This document shows positions 21,004 through 28,964 of a stretch of 64,000 bases of DNA, piece by piece. How positions within the stretch are numbered: the first letter of the stretch is position 1; each line of letters opens with the position of its first letter. The notes beneath the pieces are model-generated. The model was not told where the DNA came from, did not search any database, and worked only from the letters and a program-made list of their open reading frames with translations. Made by a program: the position numbers and the translations under genes. The DNA lies in the NCBI GenBank assembly GCA_963726845.1, contig CAVSGB010000262.1:6696-70695 (forward strand), written 5' to 3'. Source of the stretch: an uncultured Bacteroidota bacterium (lineage in GTDB: Bacteria; Bacteroidota; Bacteroidia; Bacteroidales; DTGW01).

Positions 21004-21984
21004 TTATTTAATATAGACCTCTAAAATTTGTGCTAACCCTTTGGGTTCCAGAATAAGATTTTTTATCGCGGCCGGAATTAATACACATTCACCCTTATCG
21101 ACCTCTACATTTTCAATCCCTTCAGTTTTTATAATGAAATTGCCATCAACAGCAATATAAATTACAAATGAATCAATAAGGATATAATCTTTTTCGACAG
21201 GTTTATCGAAATACAAAACATTGGTAAAAAAGTACGGGCAATCTACCATATTCGAAGTATGGTTTAGCCTGGTTTCATATTTTGATTTATAACACGGATA
21301 ATAATTAAAATCAATTGCTTTCAAGGCCAAGTCGGTATGAAGTTCACGTGGATTGCCTTTATCATCCTTTCGGTTCCAGTCGAAAATGCGATATGTGATA
21401 TCTGAAGATTGCTGAATTTCGGCAAGTAGGATCCCAGCACCAATTGCATGGATACGACCGGGCGGAAGGTAAAAAACGTCTCCCTTTTTTACCTTTTCGA
21501 AATTTAGGATTTCAGGAAGTGTATTGTTATTGAGATGATCAAGGTAAATTTTATCATCGACTTTTTGATTGAAACCAACTATCAATTCTGCTCCCGGCTC
21601 ATGGTCGACAATGTACCACATTTCAGCTTTCCCCGGACAATTGTGATATTCCCGGGCCATTGTATCATCGGGATGCACCTGGATTGAAAGTTTGTCGTTT
21701 GCATCGATGAACTTAATAAGCAAAGGGAATTTTTCGCCAAAAACCTCATAAACACTATCGCCTACCAAATCGCCCAGGTATATTTCAATAAGCTCATTCA
21801 AATTATTCCCGGCTAAGAAACCATTGCTGATCATTGAAACATCATCATTAACATCGGCTATATCCCAACTTTCACCGCAAACTATGGAAGCTCCTGTTTT
21901 GTGAAGTATATTTCTCAACCTGCTGCCGCCCCAAATTTTATCTTTTAAAATAGGATAGAACTTTAAAGGGTAAAGTTGGTTCAT
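21004..21984 (-). CDS. manA: class I mannose-6-phosphate isomerase
   Basis: 326 aa: MNQLYPLKFYPILKDKIWGG.., ..LSIQVHPDD.., ..GRIHAIGAG... Confidence 0.85.
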   Translation of the reverse strand: MNQLYPLKFYPILKDKIWGGSRLRNILHKTGASIVCGESWDIADVNDDVSMISNGFLAGNNLNELIEIYLGDLVGDSVYEVFGEKFPLLIKFIDANDKLSIQVHPDDTMAREYHNCPGKAEMWYIVDHEPGAELIVGFNQKVDDKIYLDHLNNNTLPEILNFEKVKKGDVFYLPPGRIHAIGAGILLAEIQQSSDITYRIFDWNRKDDKGNPRELHTDLALKAIDFNYYPCYKSKYETRLNHTSNMVDCPYFFTNVLYFDKPVEKDYILIDSFVIYIAVDGNFIIKTEGIENVEVDKGECVLIPAAIKNLILEPKGLAQILEVYIK

Positions 21985-21993
21985 AAAAAGAGG

Positions 21994-22645
21994 CTAATTA
22001 AATAAGATTTTCACAAGGCTGGTTAGCCCTATTGTAAGCGCCGTTAAACCAAATATACCAATTAATGCGCCAGTTATTTTGTTTAACCACCAAAGGCTTT
22101 TTAACCTGAATTTGTCGCGATAAATATTGACAAGTGAAGTTAGGGTGAACCACCACATAGAAGCTCCAATAAAAATACCGGCAAAAACCAAATAATGTGA
22201 AAAACTATGTTTTGAGCCATTTAGCAAATTTAAACCGGTAAAGAGCGCGATAAAAAGAAAAATAGCTATCGGATTGGTCAATGTAAGGGCAAGTACGGAA
22301 AGATAATCGGTATGATGGCTGTTTTTATTAAGTTTTTTTTCGCGGACTTGCTTCACCGGGTCTTTGAGAAACACTCGAACGCCAAGAAAAATAAGGACTA
22401 ACCCTCCAAATATTTTAAGATAAACTATGTGCCCGGTTATAAATTCAATTACAAAAGAAAGGCCAAGACCTGCTACAACAGCTAAAAAGGTATCGGCTGT
22501 TGCAGCTCCCAGGCCTGACATAAATCCAGAACCACCTTCCTTTTCCCAAAGTTCGCTGGATGCAAATCATGCCAATAGGCCCCAACGGAATGGATGTTAA
22601 GAAACCCAGAACAATACCTTTTATTAGAATTTCTATTAAATTCAC
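21994..22645 (-). CDS. LysE/RhtB-family amino-acid exporter, frame broken once near 22545
   Basis: The N-terminal ORF is MNLIEILIKGIVLGFLTSIPLGPIGMICIQRTLGKG... The C-terminal ORF MSGLGAATADTFLAVVAGLGL.. continues the family pattern in another frame. Multi-TM throughout. Confidence 0.75.
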
Positions 22646-23024
22646 TATTTGAAGACTTAACTATAAATTCTGTTCAACTAATTATTTTTCATTCTACATA
22701 ATTTATTCATGGCCTGAAGCATGTTTAAACCTTCCAACATAATTACTGAAAGTAAAAAAATTGAAAGCAACAAAGATAATAATTGTAATATTATAATTAT
22801 GGTTTTGAATTCCTGGTTTTTGTTTTAACCCATTTTTTGAGTATCAGTTTAGGTTAAAGGCATAAGATTATCTGGACAGAATTGGGTTACTTATTATGTT
22901 CTGCCCCAAAAAACTAATAGCTGTTGCTTGTCAACTGTGAATTGGTGCATAACAACTTACCCTCCTGACAATGCAAATATAAAAAATAATAAAACTTACA
23001 TTTGCCAAAATTGAAAGGGATTTC

Positions 23025-24641
23025 ATGAACTTTAAAAATTCTGTTTTTCTAAGTGTTTTAAGTGGAATTTTATTAAGCCTGGCATGGTTCGACTGGTCAA
23101 GTGGATTGTATTTATTTATTGCCCTGTTACCTTTATTACAAGTAGAAAAAAAAATAACCAATTCTGAAATAAAAAATAAAGGAAGGGTAATTTTTCTATT
23201 TGCATCACTTGCATTTTTAATATGGAATGTAGCCGATACATGGTGGATTTCGTACGTTACAATTGTTGGCGCATCGGCTGTAATCCTTGCCAATACATTT
23301 CTGATGGCCACCGTATTCTGGCTATTTCACATTACAAAAAGAAAACTCGGAAACTTTATCGGTTATGCTTCTATAATTATTTACTGGACTGCATTTGAAT
23401 ACCTGTTTCTTAATGGAGAATTGTACTGGCCCTGGTTAAATTTTGGAAACGGGTTTGCGAATAATATCAAGCTTATTCAATGGTACGAATACACAGGAGT
23501 ATTAGGTGGAACGGTTTGGTGCCTGACAATGAATATCATCTTATTTTGCCTGATAAATTCATTTCATTCAGGGAAGAAAAACCTGCTGTCAATTTTTTCA
23601 ATTGTACTGTTTTTAATATTTTCAATAACTATAGCCTGGTCTATAGGCCTTTACAAGAAAAATGTTTCATATAAGGGTAGATCATACAAAATAGTTGTTG
23701 TCCAGCCAAACATCAATCCTTTTACTGAAAAGTTTGGTAGTTTGAGTTGCAGGCAGCAATTGAACAAGATACTAAAATTAGCAAATCAAAATGCCGATAC
23801 AACAATTGATTATTTTCTTTGTCCCGAAACTGCTATTGTCGATTCGATATGGGAAGATTCGATTAATACAAACCAGCACCTGAAGAAAATCAGGGAATTT
23901 ATAAGACCTTATCCTAAAGCAAAGTTTATTATTGGTTTAACGTTATACAAAAAATATATTTTGAGGGACAAAACAAACTATACCGCCCGTAAACTGGAAA
24001 ATACAAATTTATATTACGACACCTACAACGCGGTAGTCCAAATCGATAGCAGCAATTACTTGCCTATTTACCGTAAATCGAAAATGGTAATCGGGCTTGA
24101 AAGAATCCCTTATCAACGGCAATTTTCTTTTTTAACCAATTCAACAATCGACCTGGGAGGCCCTTCGGGGAGCTTGGGATTTCAGGATAACCGGTATGTT
24201 TTTATGAACAAAAGCGATGGTTTGAAAATAGCGCCCATAATTTGTTACGAATCCGATTTTGGAGAATATGTAACCGATTATGTCAAAAAAGGCGCCGGTT
24301 TATTTTTTATTATTACCAATGACGGTTGGTGGGGCAACAGCCAGGGAACCAAACAGCACCTTGCTTTCGCAAGGTTACGTGCGATTGAGAATCGAAGAAG
24401 TATTGCCAGATCTGCAAATACGGGTATTTCATCTTTTATAAGCCAGACAGGAGAGATAACTGACAATACAAAAATTGGTGAAGCTACTGTAATAAAAGGT
24501 AGTTTGATGGTAAATAATGAAACAACATTTTATACACTTCATGGCGATTATATTGGCAGGATTGCCCTGACACTGGCAATTTTATTCTTTTTAATGGTAT
24601 TGGCGAAGTTTATATTAAAAATAGCCGGCATTGTTTATTGA
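23025..24641 (+). CDS. lnt: apolipoprotein N-acyltransferase
   Basis: 538 aa. A polytopic N-domain is followed by a CN-hydrolase domain (..VVVQPNINPF.., ..PIICYESDFGEY.., ..NDGWWGNS..). Confidence 0.9.
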   Translation: MNFKNSVFLSVLSGILLSLAWFDWSSGLYLFIALLPLLQVEKKITNSEIKNKGRVIFLFASLAFLIWNVADTWWISYVTIVGASAVILANTFLMATVFWLFHITKRKLGNFIGYASIIIYWTAFEYLFLNGELYWPWLNFGNGFANNIKLIQWYEYTGVLGGTVWCLTMNIILFCLINSFHSGKKNLLSIFSIVLFLIFSITIAWSIGLYKKNVSYKGRSYKIVVVQPNINPFTEKFGSLSCRQQLNKILKLANQNADTTIDYFLCPETAIVDSIWEDSINTNQHLKKIREFIRPYPKAKFIIGLTLYKKYILRDKTNYTARKLENTNLYYDTYNAVVQIDSSNYLPIYRKSKMVIGLERIPYQRQFSFLTNSTIDLGGPSGSLGFQDNRYVFMNKSDGLKIAPIICYESDFGEYVTDYVKKGAGLFFIITNDGWWGNSQGTKQHLAFARLRAIENRRSIARSANTGISSFISQTGEITDNTKIGEATVIKGSLMVNNETTFYTLHGDYIGRIALTLAILFFLMVLAKFILKIAGIVY

Positions 24642-25100
24642 ATAATTCTGCTTTTTCATCCTTTCTTACTGATACGAAAATGAGTTCAGTGACTTTTTAC
24701 TTTTTGATTAGAAAACACACTCGCTAAAACCATGCAAATATGTAGCATAGGTTATCTATTCGTTTTAGTATCCTATATTTAGTAAAATAGATTTGAACTT
24801 ATTAGATAATAATTTAAGAAATTGAGATTTTTCCTTGGTTTTGGAAGTTGTTTTTTTGGAAGTATTTTTTATTTACATTAGATTTGAAATCAATTTTTTA
24901 GTAATTCAAAAAACCAAAAATGTTCAAAAAAATATTTCCCAGTTATTTAGATGTATTCGAGATGAAAAAACACGACTATATATTAGGAATAACGACAATT
25001 GGAGTAATGAAAATGTTTGGGCGTAATTCTTGATTTCACTTCTGGTTGTCTATGTAGATTCAGAGTTACTTTCACATTATATAGATAGTTAACTTAAAAA

Positions 25101-25166
25101 AGGTAAAATTACCTCAAAAACATTGCCTATTTAAAATAAATTAGTACATTTACGGTAAATTTACCT
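25101..25166 (+). promoter_or_regulatory. two copies of a palindromic operator-like site GGTAAA(A/T)TTACCTCAA upstream of the HTH-ImmA gene
   Basis: AGGTAAAATTACCT is at 25101..25114 and GGTAAATTTACC at 25154..25165. Both are followed by TCAA. The second ends 5 nt before the ATG at 25171. Confidence 0.6.
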
Positions 25167-25170
25167 CAAT

Positions 25171-26349
25171 ATGATAAATTCAATTTTAAATAAGAGTATC
25201 AATTTGCCTGAGACATCATCGTTAAAAAACTTGTTTCTTGAAAAATTGAAATTGTCAGGTTTAAGCAAAACTCAGTTTGAGAATCTAGCAAACATTCAAC
25301 GGCGCAGCCTTGATGGAATAATAGACAAAACATCAAAACAAACTGATATCATAAACCTACTCAAACTTGGTGAATTTCTTGAGTTGTCATTTGAAGATCT
25401 ATTAATATACCATTTCAAAGACAAACCTGTAGAAGAAATTAAAGAACTTCAAACTTCCATGGATATTACTTTTATTAATAAATCGTTTGATCTAAAAACT
25501 CTTACATCTCTATATTTTATTAGCAAGGAATCTACGATAGATGAATTGAAACAAAGAATATGTAACTTTTTTCAAATCGAATCCATTTATCAATATGATA
25601 GTGAATTAAATGAGGTTCTTTACAGCCGGACAAAAAGAAAGTTCAGTGATAAAATGAAAGATTTTTGGATAAAATCTTCTTATAAATACTTTGAACTTAT
25701 TGACAATCCAAATAATTACTCCAGAGAAGACTTAAAAGATTTAATTCCTAAAATTAAACCGTACACTCAAAATGTAGAAGATGGGTTACTTACGGTTTTT
25801 AGAGCCTTATACAATGTGGGGGTTACAGTTGTTTTTCAACCAATGTTACCTAAAACACAAATTAGGGGTGCTACATTTTTGATTAAAAACAAGCCATGTA
25901 TTGTAGTCACTGATCATTATAAAAGCTATCCTACCATTTGGTTCTCTATGTTACATGAACTACATCATGCTCTATTTGACTTAGAACAACTCTCTCATAG
26001 CAAGTATCATCTAACAGGGGAACCCGATCTTTTTTTAATTCAAGAAGATAAAGCAAATCAATTCGCATCAGATTATCTAATCTCTGATGAGAAAATGCGT
26101 TATATTGAACCATTTATCCATAATCATCTGATGGTGACAAAATTCTCAAAAGAACTTCAAATTCATCCATCTATAATATACTCTCAATTCCAATTTAGAC
26201 AAGCTGAAATTGGAAATAATTATTGGGCAGCTTTTAAAGAGCATTTCCCATCTGTTGAATTAGCTAAAAAATACTTGAATATTTCAAATTGGGATATAGA
26301 GTCCTTAGAAGTTGCCGCTTTAAAAGTAAAAGAACTATTAACAGTTTAA
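25171..26349 (+). CDS. fused XRE-type HTH + ImmA/IrrE (COG2856, M78-like) zinc metallopeptidase domain protein
   Basis: The N-terminal HTH-like segment is LSKTQFENLANIQRRSLDGIIDKTSKQTDIINLLKLGEFLELSFEDLL. The C-terminal part has an HExxH motif (SMLHELHHALFD). Confidence 0.75.
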   Translation: MINSILNKSINLPETSSLKNLFLEKLKLSGLSKTQFENLANIQRRSLDGIIDKTSKQTDIINLLKLGEFLELSFEDLLIYHFKDKPVEEIKELQTSMDITFINKSFDLKTLTSLYFISKESTIDELKQRICNFFQIESIYQYDSELNEVLYSRTKRKFSDKMKDFWIKSSYKYFELIDNPNNYSREDLKDLIPKIKPYTQNVEDGLLTVFRALYNVGVTVVFQPMLPKTQIRGATFLIKNKPCIVVTDHYKSYPTIWFSMLHELHHALFDLEQLSHSKYHLTGEPDLFLIQEDKANQFASDYLISDEKMRYIEPFIHNHLMVTKFSKELQIHPSIIYSQFQFRQAEIGNNYWAAFKEHFPSVELAKKYLNISNWDIESLEVAALKVKELLTV

Positions 26350-26350
26350 T

Positions 26351-26833
26351 ATGGAACAAAAGAAAAGCATTAAAACAAGTGATCTCTCCAAAGAGGAATT
26401 AGAGAGGTAGGATATTCTTCAAAAGGCTGAAGATGTAAAAGGTGAACAATTATCACTTAATTGGAAATCTGAATTAGTAGTTGAAAACGAAGCAGAAAAA
26501 CTAATCTCACAAAGAATTGATGATCCTGTTGAAAAGTTTCAACTTTATTATAAAGGATTACATAAATTGCTTAAAGATTTTCTACCGAAAGGAAAACAAA
26601 ATGAAGAAGCTAGACGATTAATTTATGATGAAAAGAATGTCTTAATTAATCGTGGAGCGAAAAAGGATGAAAAAGGAATTAGAGGAAGTGATGGCAGGAT
26701 GGCATATTTGGAGGATTTGGAACTTGCAATTAAAATTGTTGCAAATTGGATAACAAATAGAGAAAGTTACTATGACCTTTATCGTGCATTTTGGGATAAA
26801 AATGAAGGACTCAAATATGGTCATCAAGATTAA
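26351..26833 (+). pseudogene. hypothetical 160-codon ORF interrupted by an in-frame TAG at 26408..26410, partner of the HTH-ImmA gene
   Basis: The ATG at 26351 lies 1 nt after the upstream stop. It is in the same frame as listed ORF 26567..26833 (offset 216 nt). The reading is MEQKKSIKTSDLSKEELER*DILQKAEDVKGEQLSLNWK..., with only one stop in the frame. Confidence 0.55.
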
Positions 26834-26843
26834 AACGAACTAC

Positions 26844-26975
26844 GCCCAACATCGACTCACAAACAATGCGGGTTTCAGAAGGTTTGCAGGTGCAGTGGCA
26901 CGCGTGCAGCGGCATTGCCAGCGGACAAGGACGTTCCCCGCACTCCCGCATTGTTAGTAGCCGCAAGCGTTAGGC
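26844..26975 (+). other. GC-rich imperfect hairpin resembling an integron attC (59-be) site
   Basis: It starts with GCCCAAC (RYYYAAC inverse core) and ends with CAAGCGTTAGGC (GTTRRRY core). The inner stem is ACAAACAATGCGGG/CCCGCATTGTTAGT. The length of 132 nt is within the attC range. It is markedly GC-rich against AT-rich flanks and lies directly after a stop codon. Confidence 0.45.
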
Positions 26976-27045
26976 ACAATGAGGTTCATTTCAAATTTGG
27001 ATATTTTTTATTAAATGACTAATTTAGCCACAGAAATAAATTGAT

Positions 27046-27246
27046 ATGAATAAGACGAGAGTACATATAATTAAAAGAGAAGAGGGCTGGGCTGTAAAAA
27101 AAGAAGGTGGTCAGAAAGCATCCAGAGTATATGAATCGAAGAAGGATGCAGAAGAACATTCTCAATCATATAGAGAAAAGGGACATGATGTAATTGTTCA
27201 TCGACGAGATGGTTCAGTTGAGAAATGGGAAAAGGCTAAAGTTTAA
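27046..27246 (+). CDS. DUF2188-family small protein
   Basis: 66 aa: ..VHIIKREEGWAVKKEGGQKASRVYESKKDAEEHSQSYREKGHDVIVHRRDGSVE.., which fits the DUF2188 pattern. Confidence 0.65.
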   Translation: MNKTRVHIIKREEGWAVKKEGGQKASRVYESKKDAEEHSQSYREKGHDVIVHRRDGSVEKWEKAKV

Positions 27247-27892
27247 AATATTGAAAAATAGTTTTGAAAAAAATATCTTTATTAACTGTCCATTCGATAA
27301 CGATTATCATAAACTATTACGACCATTACTTTTTACGATTATTTATTGTGGATATAATCCAAGAATTGCATTAGAACGATTCGATTCTGCAGAATTAAGA
27401 TTAGATAAAATAAAACAATTAATTGATCAATCTTCATTGAGTATTCATGATTTGTCGAAAATCAAAGCAACAGAAAAGAATGAATATTATAGGTTAAATA
27501 TGCCTTTTGAGATTGGGTTGGATTTAGGTTGTAAGCTTTACAATCCGGATAAAAAATACAGAAATAAAAGAAGCTTAATATTAGAAAATGAACGTTATGG
27601 TTATCAAAAAGCCTTATCTGATATTTCAAGTTCTGATGTTAAATGTCATGGTGGTGACCCAGAGGACTTAGTTATAGAGGTTCGTAATTGGTTCTCTGAA
27701 TTAGGATGTTTGAATTTAATAAGTGGTTCTACAATATGGGACGATTATAACTTTTTCTTTACTGACTTTCATGAGGATAGGACTTTAAAAGGATTCAAAG
27801 AAAAAGATTTAGATAAAATGCCTGTTCCTGAGTTTATTTCCTATATTGAAAAATGGATTTTGAAAAACAATAAGCAAAATCACTGTGCCTAA
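27209..27892 (+). CDS. hypothetical protein with TIR-like / nucleoside-deoxyribosyltransferase-like fold features
   Basis: The ORF is open from 27194 (TTG); an ATG at 27209 or a TTG at 27251 are alternative starts. It has a beta-alpha-beta N-terminus IFINCPFDNDYHKLLRPLLFTIIYCGYNP. The motif RLNMPFEIGLDLG is reminiscent of the R-x-NV-x-FE-LG motif of COG4271-type TIR-like proteins. The stop codon lies inside GCCTAAC. Confidence 0.35.
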   Translation: MVQLRNGKRLKFKILKNSFEKNIFINCPFDNDYHKLLRPLLFTIIYCGYNPRIALERFDSAELRLDKIKQLIDQSSLSIHDLSKIKATEKNEYYRLNMPFEIGLDLGCKLYNPDKKYRNKRSLILENERYGYQKALSDISSSDVKCHGGDPEDLVIEVRNWFSELGCLNLISGSTIWDDYNFFFTDFHEDRTLKGFKEKDLDKMPVPEFISYIEKWILKNNKQNHCA

Positions 27893-27903
27893 CAAACGAT
27901 ACT

Positions 27904-28773
27904 ATGAAAGAAAAAGAAGGATTCGAACAATTAGCAGGTCAATATCCTGTCTCCGATAATTTTCTATTGGTTATGCATAAAGATAATTTAATTTATAAGT
28001 CAGGATACATTGGGCTTTTGTTTATCCCGCTAATGATAATCTTTAGCTCTTGTACATCTCGTGGTTTGGTTGAAAAGTCTGGCCAATGGGATCGTATACG
28101 ATGTGGTGAATACCTCTTAGAAAATGCAACGTGGAATGTTCAGGCTGTCAAAAGCAAGTGGACTGAGACTATTTTCTATGATACTCTAAAGGGCAGCCTG
28201 GGATGGAGATGGAATTTTTCGGGTGAAAAAGATGAGCCAAATAAATATGATGGTAAAACCTTTCCCGAAATTATTTTTGGTAGAAAACCTTTTAATGTAT
28301 ACCAAACTACTACTTCTCGACTGCCAGTAAAACTTAAATCAGCTAAATTCCGGCTCGAATATGAATATTTTGCGAAAGCAAGTGGGGCATATAATATTAC
28401 CACAGACATTTCATTCACCGATAGCATAAATCCCGGTGCAGAAAATATACGGGCAAAGATGATGATTTGGTTCGATCATCAGAATATTCAATTCTATGAA
28501 CCGGAGAAACTGAAATTGGCTACGATCGGAGGACTTCAATATAAAGTTTTCATCGATATCAATCATATTGGACCAGAAGGAAAATGGGCCTTCATTGCCT
28601 TATTGTCCGATAAATTTCCTTCGAAGGGGGAATTAAACCTAAATGAGTATTTTGACTATTTTCTTTCAGAAGGCGCCCTAAAACCTGAATGGTATTTATC
28701 GAGTATCGAATTAGGAAGCGAAATTTCATCGGGTAAAGGTGAAGTTATTTTTAAGCGGTTTATTGTCCATTAA
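27904..28773 (+). CDS. GH12-like beta-jelly-roll lipoprotein (possibly non-catalytic)
   Basis: A lipobox ..LMIIFSSC suggests a probable true start at the ATG near 27973. GH12-like blocks are present: ..GWRWNFSG..FPEIIFG.., AYNITTDISF.., ..AKMMIWF.. (Lys where GH12 has the nucleophile Glu of E-x-MIW), and ..SSIELGSEISSGKGEV... Confidence 0.45.
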   Translation: MKEKEGFEQLAGQYPVSDNFLLVMHKDNLIYKSGYIGLLFIPLMIIFSSCTSRGLVEKSGQWDRIRCGEYLLENATWNVQAVKSKWTETIFYDTLKGSLGWRWNFSGEKDEPNKYDGKTFPEIIFGRKPFNVYQTTTSRLPVKLKSAKFRLEYEYFAKASGAYNITTDISFTDSINPGAENIRAKMMIWFDHQNIQFYEPEKLKLATIGGLQYKVFIDINHIGPEGKWAFIALLSDKFPSKGELNLNEYFDYFLSEGALKPEWYLSSIELGSEISSGKGEVIFKRFIVH

Positions 28774-28964
28774 TAATTAAAAACTGGATTTTACCTTTTT
28801 TATGATTGTGAAATACGGATGTTTATAATGCAAAATTTGTACATTTATGCCTTTGCGACCTTAATATATTAGTTATCAATACAGGTAGCTCATTGATGGT
28901 AAAACAATTTGTCAAGAATAAGTAGTAGTTTCAGACTTCCTGTCTCCAAACTCTGAATTGCATT

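Noticed and set aside
22931-23311. 126-aa minus-strand ORF overlapping the lnt start
   Set aside because: It is antisense to the well-supported lnt N-terminus and has no motifs.
24835-25033. Small ORFs (63 aa at 24835..25026; 37 aa at 24920..25033) in the AT-rich gap after lnt
   Set aside because: They are short, low-complexity and without motifs or coupling signals, so they are likely chance ORFs in AT-rich DNA.
26772-26957. 61-aa ORF across the GC-rich element
   Set aside because: It overlaps the end of the upstream ORF and the hairpin. It is Arg/Cys-rich with an atypical composition, and it is better explained as a structured non-coding element.
26844-26975. Retron msr/msd, riboswitch or simple terminator interpretation of the GC-rich element
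   Set aside because: No reverse transcriptase gene is adjacent and no recognisable riboswitch core is present. The element is far too long and lacks a U-tract for an intrinsic terminator. The attC-like reading fits the terminal motifs better but remains unproven.
27887-27976. A second attC-like site starting at GCCTAAC and ending at GTTATGC
   Set aside because: Only the outer boxes fit loosely, because GTTATGC violates GTTRRRY. Internal pairing is weak and AT-rich. It is mentioned in a finding but not annotated as a feature.
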